From: Octopus bimaculoides | Lineage: Eukaryota | Direction of reading: 5' to 3' | Assembly: GCF_001194135.2 (NCBI RefSeq) | Contig: NC_068986.1 | Span: 27,954,690 to 27,988,863, forward strand | Length of the DNA stretch: 34,174 nt | Shown: positions 23,842 to 34,174 of the stretch, in pieces | Position numbering within the stretch: position 1 is the stretch's first letter | How the letters are laid out: each line of letters opens with the position of its first letter | Translations under genes and position numbers: made by a program | Notes under the pieces: model-generated | Database searches by the model: none | Seen by the model: the letters and a program-made list of their open reading frames with translations, nothing else | What the model was told of the DNA's origin: nothing

Positions 23842-24135
23842 GTTGTTGTTGTTGGTGTTGCTATTATTAAGTTGTATATTACGTAAGTGACTCAAGTGCC
23901 GACAGCACTTATCAGACCGTTTGATGAAAATTTGATAAGTTCCATGCTCGAAGCTATCAGGCATTGAATCACTTATGTAATTTACAGCCGAATACAAAAC
24001 AGATACGCTGCTAAGTTTTGAGTACGATTTCTCCTATTTGTTCCGCTGAACTCATACGTGTGTATACGTGCGTGCGCGTGTACATGAACGTATATTTATT
24101 TTACATATATTATTAAAATTATCATGTTTATTAGT

Positions 24136-24560
24136 AAGGCGGCGAGTAGGCAGAATGCTTTGCGGTATTTCGCCCATCGTTATGTTCTGAGTTCAAATTC
24201 CGCCGAGGTCGACTTTGCCTTTCACCATTTCGGGGTCGATAAATTAAGTACCAGTTACGCACTGGGGTCGATGTAATCGACTTAATCCCTTTGTCTGTCT
24301 TTGTTTGCCCCCTCTATGTTTAGCTCCTTGTGGGCAATAAAGAAATAAGAAACGTTAGCACGCCGGTCGAAATGCTTAGCGGTGTTTCGTCTGCCGCTAC
24401 GTTCTGAGTTTAAATTCCGCCGAGGTCGACTTTGCCTTTCATCCTTTCAGGGTCGATAAATTAAGTACCAGTTGTGTATTGGGCTCGATCTAATCGACTG
24501 GTCCTGTCACCCAAAATTTCAGGCCTTGTGCTTGTAGCAGAAAGGATTATTATTATTATT
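24136..24560 (+). mobile_element. Tandem SINE dimer with two different 3' tails
   Basis: Unit 1 (24136-24348) ends ttaatccctttgtctgt...gcaataaagaaataa; unit 2 (24349-24560) ends aaatttcaggccttgtgc...gaaaggattatt. Confidence 0.85.
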
Positions 24561-24606
24561 TTTGATTTCACTCATGTTTGGTCTTATTCCTAGCAGAATT
24601 TATGTG

Positions 24607-24840
24607 GGTAGCGAGCTGGTAGAAACATTAATGTGACGTGCGAAATACTTAGCGGTATTTCGTTTGCCGCTACGTTCTGAGTTCGAATTCCGCCGAGGTC
24701 GACTTTGCCTTTCATCCTTTCGGGGTCGATTAAATAAGTACCGGTTACGCACTGGTGCCGATATAATCGACTTAATCCGTTTGTCTGTCCTTGTTTGTCC
24801 CCACTGTGTGTAGCTCCTTGTGAGCAGTAAAGAAATAAGA
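24607..24840 (+). mobile_element. Core-family SINE
   Basis: Same core and tail type as 24136-24348. Confidence 0.85.
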
Positions 24841-25124
24841 ATTTATGTGGGTAGCGGTTTACGTACCTGTAACCTTAGGTATCCACTATCTTTCAACAGT
24901 GTTTCAAGTGCTTAAAATCCTCCTGATAATCCCTCCTGTCTCTAAGAAGCAAACTTTCCGTAGAAGTTCTCACTGCATTTTATTGCAATCTCCTTCAATT
25001 ATTTGCCTATATGTTTGCTTACAGTTCCCAATGCACCACTTATTATAGGCACAACCTTTACACTTATCATATTTCAAATTCTTGCAATTTCAAATTTTAA
25101 GAAATTGTATCAGAGATGCACATA

Positions 25125-25318
25125 TCTGCAGCCACTAAGGGACATGCTCAACTGGTTAAGGTCAAGCAACTGACAAGCAAATATGTGGTATTGAGCAGAA
25201 TATTTGCTGTAACCCATCTTTTATACCAAGACAAAACAAGCATGTATATTATAACTCTTCCAACCAGTTACGATCAGAAGCCATGAGAGCCACTGCCTGG
25301 TATTGCATCAGGGCATTT

Positions 25319-25353
<35 letters not shown>

Positions 25354-25384
25354 TATTATTATTATTATTATTATTATCATCGTT
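25125..25384 (+). repeat. Probable interspersed-repeat 3' end with (ATC)n(ATT)n tail, unclassified
   Basis: Non-simple sequence ending abruptly in a trinucleotide tail; no second copy in the window, so weakly supported. Confidence 0.35.
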
Positions 25385-25786
25385 NNNNNNNNNNNNNNNN
25401 NNNNNNNNNNNNNNNNNNNNNNNNNNNNNNNNNNNNNNNNNNNNNNNNNNNNNNNNNNNNNNNNNNNNNNNNNNNNNNNNNNNNNNNNNNNNNNNNNNNN
25501 NNNNNNNNNNNNNNNNNNNNNNNNNNNNNNNNNNNNNNNNNNNNNNNNNNNNNNNNNNNNNNNNNNNNNNNNNNNNNNNNNNNNNNNNNNNNNNNNNNNN
25601 NNNNNNNNNNNNNNNNNNNNNNNNNNNNNNNNNNNNNNNNNNNNNNNNNNNNNNNNNNNNNNNNNNNNNNNNNNNNNNNNNNNNNNNNNNNNNNNNNNNN
25701 NNNNNNNNNNNNNNNNNNNNNNNNNNNNNCTTTGTATTTTGAAAGTTTCTCCATTTCTTTTAGGGAAACGTTATCATCTGCTGGTA

Positions 25787-25849
<63 letters not shown>

Positions 25850-26279
25850 CATCATCGTCGTCGTCGTCGTCGTCATCATCATCAAACATTGTACAGATGT
25901 TAATTAGAATGCTATATTCACCTACAGTAGTCTCTAATGAAATATCAACGTGGCAATAAATCTCACTCGGTAGATTCCTCTTCTTACAACCACAATGATG
26001 CTGTCTATAAAGACGAAGTATTTACAATGCTTACAACGGCAAACGTTGGAAAGTTATTCACTAGTTCATGAAATCTATAAATATACACAAAAATTAATTA
26101 CTAGTACTTATATTAGAATTGATAATTAGTTCCAAAAGGGTAAACATCAATTGAATGGATGTGAAACGGTTGTACACTTGAACATGTATAGGCATGTATG
26201 AACGCCTGGAAGTATATATTTATGTTTATGCGTGTATACGTGTTCGTGTATGTTTATGCTTGTATATGCGTTCATGAGT

Positions 26280-26535
26280 GGAGGCACGTGGCTTAGTGGT
26301 TAGGATGTCAGCATCATGATCGTAAGATAGTGGTTTCGATCCTGGATTGGGCGACGCGTTGTGTTCTTGAGCAAAACACCTCATTTCACGTTGCTCCAGT
26401 CCACTCAGCTGGCAAAAATGAGTAACGCTGCGATGGACTGGCGTTCCGTCCAGCTGGGGAACACATACGCCATTGAAACCGGGAAACCGGACCCATGAGC
26501 CTGGCTAGGCTTTAAAAGGATGCATTTATTATTTT
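26280..26535 (+). mobile_element. tRNA-derived SINE
   Basis: A box TGGCTTAGTGG, B box GGTTTCGATCC, then gtgttcttgagcaaaacacctcatttcacgttgctccagtccactcagc; A/T-rich tail. Confidence 0.8.
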
Positions 26536-26662
26536 TTTTTATATGCGTTCATAAATGTTGTGAATGTTGCTGTGTACATTGATAAAATTAATAATGACTG
26601 ATGGTCTAGTTCAATTCAATACAAGTTGATAAATGCATGTGCATGAATGTGAGATTTGTATC

Positions 26663-26842
26663 TATGGTATTTACTTGTATATAAGCGGCACTAATTTACA
26701 CTTAATTTTAGTAGAAAAAAAAAATAGAGTGTGACATACTCGGGACAAAGCTGTTATCAATTTCGAATCTGATGGGAAAACATTTTGTACCACGATTTAA
26801 CACGAAATTAGGAGCGCGACTTATACACGAGTAAACACGGTA
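26663..26842. mobile_element. Old TA-flanked MITE (Tc1/pogo-like termini), 180 bp
   Basis: Left tatggtatttacttgtatataagcggcac versus reverse complement of the right end taccgtgtttactcgtgtataagtcgcgc: 21/29 identical. Confidence 0.5.
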
Positions 26843-28349
26843 TATCCTCTCTCAATATATCTTCTTCAAATTAAGTAAACTGTTGGGAGAAAATATGTTT
26901 CCTTCTAGACTCTTTCAACACAGCCATGTGGAATACAAAAACCAATCTGTTAAACGTATTTCTAGGATATACAAGTGTGTGTGTAAGGAAGATATGATGT
27001 TCCCTGGCAGGAGAATTGACTGGGATCTCATAAAATGTTTTTGTGTATTAATGACTAACATTCATAGTCTGTGAAGGCGATCGAAAGATACTTCCGTGCT
27101 TCCTGATAAAATTACTCTCAGATACCGTGTGAGTTATTTCATATCTCTTCTTGCACAGCCAAAGTTTATAATCCTAAAATGCCCACCACTGCTGGACTGT
27201 AGCAGTAGGTGCCTACAACATCTGATGGACATCATCGAACTTCACTAAGTGAAAAGCGTTAACTTACCACTACAATGCTAGTAAACTATCTTCAGATAAA
27301 CACACAGTATGCTAACAGTTCTCTATAAGATAATCTGAAAGCCCCACTGCCTCGCATATTGCAGCAGAGCCTTGTGGCCCCCTGCTTCTTATTCACTTAG
27401 TGGAATTCTGTTACATACGACTCCTTAACAGAAATAGTTGCCACTGAAAAGGTTTCTCCCCCTTCAGTTCCAGCTTCCCAGTATGCGCATCAGCAAAACT
27501 CCTAAAGTCTTCTTTTCCGCACCATCAATCTATTTTATAATGATTGAAGAAGTGCGGGACTGTGTCCAGTTTATTTTTTTTCTCACATTATAANNNNNNN
27601 NNNNNNNNNNNNNNNNNNNNNNNNNNNNNNNNNNNNNNNNNNNNNNNNNNNNNNNNNNNNNNNNNNNNNNNNNNNNNNNNNNNNNNNNNNNNNNNNNNNN
27701 NNNNNNNNNNNNNNNNNNNNNNNNNNNNNNNNNNNNNNNNNNNNNNNNNNNNNNNNNNNNNNNNNNNNNNNNNNNNNNNNNNNNNNNNNNNNNNNNNNNN
27801 NNNNNNNNNNNNNNNNNNNNNNNNNNNNNNNNNNNNNNNNNNNNNNNNNNNNNNNNNNNNNNNNNNNNNNNNNNNNNNNNNNNNNNNNNNNNNNNNNNNN
27901 NNNNNNNNNNNNNNNNNNNNNNNNNNNNNNNNNNNNNNNNNNNNNNNNNNNNNNNNNNNNNNNNNNNNNNNNNNNNNNNNNNNNNNNNNNNNNNNNNNNN
28001 NNNNNNNNNNNNNNNNNNNNNNNNNNNNNNNNNNNNTTGTCTGCCAAAAAATTCTGCAGTGATGTGAGACATTCATTACTCTCTTTTAATTGAAATGTAT
28101 TTAAGTTTGTCTTTAATTGCTGGAAAAGGGACACTAGAAACACCTAAGACGTCTATAAGTGAATATAATGAAACAACAGTATGGCAAAACTCAGCTCTTC
28201 ATATTGGTAAATGTAATTCATTAATTCCCACCAGAGCGTCTATTTTCAAATTCACTCAAGTGAAGATTCATGAACATCTTCCCTTGACAGTCTCATCTCT
28301 TTTTCCAATTTTTATTATCGCTTTAAAAAAAAAAAAGGTATCATGGATT

Positions 28350-28657
28350 TACGGAGATGTACTTGCATAGCAAGTGACCTGATCTGAGATCGTGTACTGG
28401 AACGAAAACAATTTCAACGTGGAAGGTGCTTATAAGCCATTTAAAATAACACACAAAAACCGTTAGATTCACTTCAACATTTAAATTTAATTTGCCGAAA
28501 TATTTTCGTCGCTTTGAGACAGAATTTTGTCAGTGAACAGGTCGCGGTCTCAAAGAGACGAAAATATTTTGACAAATTAAATTTAAATGTTGAAGTGAAT
28601 CTAACGGTTTTTGTGTGTTATTTTAAATGGCTTATAAACACCTTCCACGCTGCAATT
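28350..28657. mobile_element. Fold-back insertion 2 (103-bp arms, 26-nt spacer) with 13-bp target-site duplication
   Basis: Arms 28418-28520 and 28547-28649 with 4 mismatches; GGTATCATGGATT at 28337-28349 and 28658-28670. Confidence 0.85.
28526..28576 (+). ncRNA. Minimal type I hammerhead-like motif, G3-C8 core variant
   Basis: TTTGTCA GTGAACA G GTCGC-ggtctcaaa-GAGAC GAAA ATAT TT TGACAAA: 7-bp stem I, core G3U4G5A6A7C8A9, stem II 4/5 bp, palindromic stem III AATATT, UUU triplet. Confidence 0.6.
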
Positions 28658-29140
28658 GGTATCATGGATTATTTTACTGATTATAGAATAAACATTAACA
28701 GAGTCTTTGTTCAATTCATGAGCATATTATCAATTTACTCTTTAATTTATGTATCATATTTATATGTGTATATAATATCAATATACGCAACACATATGCC
28801 ACATATACTAGTCCCACTAATGCGTGTACAGAGCCATTAAGTACGAACAAACATACCTCTGATCTTTCAGACACCAACAAGGTAAATGATGCTAAAGGCA
28901 TCTTATCAATTTCGAACATTGCATTCAAAAGTTAGCGTCTATCTTCGCCAAGTTTCACAATCGCCATCTATAAGATTTCATCCCCTGTCATATTATTAAA
29001 ACTTTTATTGCATGCAACATGTAAATGTTATAATGGGATTAATTTGAAAACAAGTTTAAGAATGGCAACAGACAATATGCAGACAGGTTAAAGTGGAAAC
29101 TGAATGAAGATTCAAAATTATTATAAAATTGGTTTTCAGT

Positions 29141-29216
29141 GAAACTTTTAAGTTTTACCTGACAACCTATTCATTCAGAGAGGTTGAATAAGCTGTCAGG
29201 CGAAACTTAAAGTCTC
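29141..29216. repeat. Imperfect inverted repeat (~32-bp arms, 11-nt loop)
   Basis: gaaacttttaagttttacctgacaacctattca / tgaataagctgtcaggcgaaacttaaagtctc; about 5 mismatches and 1 indel. Confidence 0.75.
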
Positions 29217-29394
29217 GATCAAAGCGAATTTTATATAATTATATATTTAAATATATTTATCACTCTCTTTTGCGACAAAACTAATTCAAACAGTAAGAAA
29301 ATGTCAAGGTTTTCTTGCTTCAATAAAAACGTACGAACCATTTGTATGTACGTATAAGCGTATGCATGTATAAATGGACATGTGTGTGCGTATG

Positions 29395-29431
<37 letters not shown>

Positions 29432-30547
29432 GTAAGCATTGTATAAAATTACAGACCCACTCGAATAAACATTATGTATGCATGAATTGGCAAATAAATA
29501 AATAGTCAGAGGGAGATTAACAAATGCATGGTTGCTTCCAGTAAGTGGCTATAGGTTCAATACCGATGGCGATGATTATCATAGCTCTTAAAATTCATGA
29601 ATAATATATATATATATATATATCGGTCAATAATCCTTTTCTTCCTTGGCTATCGCCGAGCAAACACGCGAACTTACTTCGTCCCCACTTTCAAGTTCGT
29701 GCCTCACAGCGTTCATACACATAATTTTTCCCGTCTGGCCGTATAGCCTTTTNNNNNNNNNNNNNNNNNNNNNNNNNNNNNNNNNNNNNNNNNNNNNNNN
29801 NNNNNNNNNNNNNNNNNNNNNNNNNNNNNNNNNNNNNNNNNNNNNNNNNNNNNNNNNNNNNNNNNNNNNNNNNNNNNNNNNNNNNNNNNNNNNNNNNNNN
29901 NNNNNNNNNNNNNNNNNNNNNNNNNNNNNNNNNNNNNNNNNNNNNNNNNNNNNNNNNNNNNNNNNNNNNNNNNNNNNNNNNNNNNNNNNNNNNNNNNNNN
30001 NNNNNNNNNNNNNNNNNNNNNNNNNNNNNNNNNNNNNNNNNNNNNNNNNNNNNNNNNNNNNNNNNNNNNNNNNNNNNNNNNNNNNNNNNNNNNNNNNNNN
30101 NNNNNNNNNNNNNNNNNNNNNNNNNNNNNNNNNNNNNNNNNNNNNNNNNNNNNNNNNNNNNNNNNNNNNNNNNNNNNNNNNNNNNNNNNNNNNNNNNNNN
30201 NNNNNNNNNNNNNNNNNNNNNNNNNNNNNNNNNNNNNNNNNNNNNNNNNNNNNNNNNNNNNNNNNNNNNNNNNNNNNNNNNNNNNNNNNNNNNNNNNNNN
30301 NNNNNNNNNNNNNNNNNNNNNNNNNNNNNNNNNNNNNNNNNNNNNNNNNNNNNNNNNNNNNNNNNNNNNNNNNNNNNNNNNNNNNNNNNNNNNNNNNNNN
30401 NNNNNNNNNNNNNNNNNNNNNNNNNNNNNNNNNNNNNNNNNNNNNNNNNNNNNNNNNNNNNNNNNNNNNNNNNNNNNNNNNNNNNNNNNNNNNNNNNNNN
30501 NNNNNNNNNNNNNNNNNNNNNNNNNNNNNNNNNNNNNNNNNNNNNNN

Positions 30548-30699
30548 GGAGGGGGTGCTGAAAAGTTCCTGGCTTTAAGGGTTTCGCGAAAGGCCTAGCT
30601 GGAGGTCCAACCTTCCAAGTTCTTTTACAAAGCTTAGAAAAACTGAAGGACCGCTGCAATAAGTGAGGGAATCCGAGAGGGGAATACGTTGAATTAAAT
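30548..30699 (+). mobile_element. Internally deleted mariner derivative
   Basis: Mariner-like terminus GAGGGGGTGCTGAAAAGTT right after the gap, joined to C-terminal coding remnant LQSLEKLKDRCNK*GNPRGEYVE; no right TIR found. Confidence 0.6.
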
Positions 30700-30721
30700 C
30701 ACAATTAACTGATTCTCCTGT

Positions 30722-30900
30722 ACTTTCTTTTACTCGGGCGAAATGCTTAGCGGCATAACGTCTGTCTTTACGTTCTGAGTTCAAATTCCGCCGAGGTCGA
30801 CTTTGCCTTTCATCCTTTCGGGGTCTATAAATTAAGTACCAGTTGAGTACTGGGGTCGATCTAATCGACTGGCCCCCTCCCTCAAAATTTAGGGCCTTGC
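30722..30900 (+). mobile_element. Core-family SINE, truncated
   Basis: gggcgaaatgcttagcgg...gaggtcgactttgcctttcatcctttcggggt...aaaatttagggccttg. Confidence 0.85.
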
Positions 30901-30913
30901 ACGACAAACACAC

Positions 30914-31515
30914 AAAGCTGAAATTGAAGATTATATCAATGGCCACTATGTATTCTCATCAAAGGCAGTCTGGAGGATTTTAGAGTTCAAATTACATGGT
31001 TCATATCCTGCAGTGCAACAGCTTACAGTTCATTTACCCCAACTGCAATACATTTACTTTAATGACGATGATGATATTGAACATGTTATCCACACACATG
31101 ACAGGGCCACTCTCACTGAATGGATGCGAATTAACCAGGAATCACTAGCTAACTCATTTGCATATGCATTACACTATACTGATTTCCCTGAATTTTACAC
31201 ATGGAATAATAGTGAGAAAATATGGCATCTGAGAAAAAATAATACACATTCAAATGGGCGTACCTACTTTGTTTCACCAAAGGAACAAGAGTGATTCTAT
31301 CTGAGAGCCTTACTGTATCATATTCTCGTAGCTACATCATTTGAAGATACGAGGACTATTAATGGTGTAGTTTGCCATATTTACAAAGAAGCTGCAATGA
31401 AACTGGGTTTAGTACACAGTGACCGTGAATACTATCGGACTATAGAGTTTGTAAATGTCAGCGACTCCATATCAGATACGAAGACTTGTCTGCTCCATTC
31501 TTAATTGCTGCATTC
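30914..31515 (+). pseudogene. Helitron Rep/helicase internal fragment
   Basis: One frame 30914-31504 with a single internal TGA: EIEDYINGHYVFSSKAVWRILEFKLHGSYPAVQQLTVHLP...TLTEW...YTDFPEFYTW...GRTYFVSPKEQE*FYLRALL..TSFEDTRTING..YKEAAMKLGL; motifs typical of the RepHel region between the Rep and PIF1-like helicase domains. Confidence 0.9.
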
Positions 31516-31614
31516 TATATGTATACTTATGTATATATATATATATTACACAAATATATGATACAATGTAAAATACGCTATCTTAAAGATAGCGTGTTCG
31601 CACTAGTATATATA

Positions 31615-31656
<42 letters not shown>

Positions 31657-31737
31657 AATGTATGTATTTATGCACACGCGCATGTGTTTGTTCGTATGTG
31701 TGAGTATATGTTTGTCCAACCACCGCGTGACAATCCG

Positions 31738-31777
31738 TGTTACTACTACTATTACAACAACTATCACTACTGCTGCC

Positions 31778-31835
<58 letters not shown>

Positions 31836-31863
31836 CAGCAGCAGTAGTAGTAGTAAGTAGTAA
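31738..31863. repeat. (TAC)n followed by (TAG)n trinucleotide repeats
   Basis: Seen directly. Confidence 0.9.
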
Positions 31864-32121
31864 CTACCTTAGACAGATCACTGAAGCTTTTGCCCTTCAC
31901 TGAATAACGATGATATGGAACTGTCAACTTATGGAGAGAACAAAAAATAAAAGGAAGTTCAGATGAAGTATTGATGATGTCGATAGCAACTTATACACTA
32001 TAATCCCTTGTTGTAATAACAAACACTTCAACTTTAACTACTAAACAATGCAGATTAACTTTGATTCGATTTTTTTTTCGCCCACCCTTCTTTACAGACC
32101 AGCCAATTAACTTGGGAAGCT

Positions 32122-32157
<36 letters not shown>

Positions 32158-33040
32158 NNNNNNNNNNNNNNNNNNNNNNNNNNNNNNNNNNNNNNNNNNN
32201 NNNNNNNNNNNNNNNNNNNNNNNNNNNNNNNNNNNNNNNNNNNNNNNNNNNNNNNNNNNNNNNNNNNNNNNNNNNNNNNNNNNNNNNNNNNNNNNNNNNN
32301 NNNNNNNNNNNNNNNNNNNNNNNNNNNNNNNNNNNNNNNNNNNNNNNNNNNNNNNNNNNNNNNNNNNNNNNNNNNNNNNNNNNNNNNNNNNNNNNNNNNN
32401 NNNNNNNNNNNNNNNNNNNNNNNNNNNNNNNNNNNNNNNNNNNNNNNNNNNNNNNNNNNNNNNNNNNNNTATATATATATATATGGGAGAATTTACGAAA
32501 AAAACAACAACAGACGAGGATAGGTGGTGTAAACAACAAAAGGATGTATTAGCTTAACGCTCGGGAATAGAGAAAATTTTTAATACACATATATGCCAAT
32601 GAAAAGAAGAAGACAAAGAAAATTCTTTAACGCATCTTTAATTATAAATCACATATGTTTCCATACATTCTCCATTTCCAACGCCAGTTTACGCGAAAAT
32701 TCTAAAAGAAAAATTACGTAATATTTGCGGTTTTAGGCATTGGAGAGGCATTTCCTCAAACTTGCAACAAAGTCATGCTATTTCATTGAGCGTCTATCAG
32801 ACCTTTTTGTTAGAAAAGAACCGAGAAGAAATGAAAAGGAGAAAGTTAAAAGTGTGTATGCGGGGATGGGTGTGTGGAGAAGATATTATGTGGGGGGTGG
32901 GAGGAATCAAGAGGGTGGATATATATAATGATAGGAGGGAGAAAGGGAAGGAAGGGGAGGAAAACGAATAGAAAGCGAAAGAGGGGAATCGGAAGGAGAA
33001 GGAGGGGGAAAAGTGGAAGAAGAAGAAGAAGAAGAAGAAG

Positions 33041-33843
33041 CGTCTCCAAAATGGACCAAACAGAAAAATCCAACGGGTTGAGATCGGGGCTTCTCGAGGG
33101 CCATACATCCTTGCCTATGAATGATGGAATGTTTTTCTGAATCCAGTGTTGTGTCTGTTTGGAGCTGTGAGATGGTGCCGAGTCCTGTTGGAGGCTCGAA
33201 GGTACACTTTGCAAGCGATCATTCACTGATGTATTGCTGAGTGTTAATTTTAACACCCGAGGGCACAAAAACGAGGGGCTGTCACAGCCGCCCAAACCAT
33301 AACTGACAGTGGATTTTGACGTCAATTTACGAATCTACCCTCGATGAAGCCTGATACACTCCAAAGTCGGTCGTTCTGGTGGTTTACTGTTTGTTCGATG
33401 TCAAGTTTCCTTTCATTTGTGAACACCAGGTTGGGCAGCGTGCCTTCAGAAATCTGACGCAGGATAAAACGACTTCTCTCCAGTTTCATGGCCTTATAAA
33501 CTTGCGTGAGCTCATGACGGCAGATTATCTTGTAAGGGTGGGTCCTGAGGTCCTCCTTCAGCACTCGATACATCGATGTTCGCCTTATTTTTGCTGTGGC
33601 AGCCAGCCTTCTGACGGAATGACGAGTATTTCGCCACATCTTTTCTCTGGTATTTTTGATAAACTGAGGAGTCCGCTCACTTCTTTTTCGGCTACGTCCA
33701 GGTCGTTCAGTGGTGGAACCAGTCTCTTGAAATTTTTTGTCAATTTTCCAGACTGTTTGATTAATTTTAAGCTTCTTTGCTATAGCTGTTTTACTTTCGC
33801 CTCCTTTGTGTGGAGTTATGATTGTATTTCGGTTCATAGCCAT
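33041..33843 (-). pseudogene. DD37D (maT) transposase pseudogene
   Basis: HTH N-terminus, VFTNERKL (first catalytic D lost), NHQNDRLW, SVMVWAAVT, PLVFVPSGVKINTQQY, QQDSAPSH...WPSRSPDLNPLDFSVWSILE with 37 residues between the second and third D; one TGA and frameshifts; cut off by (CTT)n. Confidence 0.9.
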
Positions 33844-33871
33844 TATCTAATTTATAAAACTCAATTTATTT

Positions 33872-34097
33872 AGTCTGAAACAAAAAAGAAGACGCTTTAA
33901 ACAACACAGCACCCATGACTTTCGGAAACATTTTTTCACGCTCAGAATTGTTGAAGCATGGAATAAACTACCCGTATCAGTCATTAGCTGTCAAGATACT
34001 ACATCCTTCAAAACTAGCTGAAACTACCATACTACCTAAAATCCGCCTGATGATTTTTTTCTTAGTTGTAGTGCACCTGAGCACAATATACAACAAT
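33872..34097 (+). pseudogene. CR1-like LINE 3' fragment
   Basis: HDFRKHFFTLRIVEAWNKLPVSVISCQDTTSFKTS*; terminus agttgtagtgcacctgagcacaatatacacaat matches 13864-13894. Confidence 0.8.
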
Positions 34098-34134
34098 TAC
34101 TTTCATATATTTCATACATGCACGCATACATACA

Positions 34135-34174
<40 letters not shown>

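Noticed and set aside
27440-27525. Minus-strand WCGK...HTG...GEKPFQ, resembling a C2H2 zinc-finger linker
   Set aside because: Cys/His spacing is wrong, there are no neighbouring fingers, and stops flank it.

Overview
AT-rich, microsatellite-dense eukaryotic DNA from a gapped assembly (17 N-runs, about 6 kb, many flanked by simple repeats). The SINE families present suggest an Octopus genome (inference). No intact protein-coding gene can be supported; the long entries in the ORF track are read-throughs of N gaps or simple repeats. The window holds many SINE copies (several in tandem or inverted pairs), two CR1-like LINE remnants, an RTE-like LINE 3' end, a Penelope-like element (PLE) remnant, two DD37D (maT) transposase relics, a mariner deletion derivative, a piggyBac-type MITE, a TA-flanked MITE and a Helitron Rep/helicase fragment. 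The most striking signal is a set of minimal type I hammerhead-ribozyme-like motifs with palindromic stem III. One lies in the 3' UTR of the PLE remnant and two in long fold-back insertions. Between them they show three different Watson-Crick versions of the core 3:8 tertiary pair (C3-G8, G3-C8, A3-U8). There is also a CpG-decay contrast between roughly the first 8.5 kb and the rest of the window.
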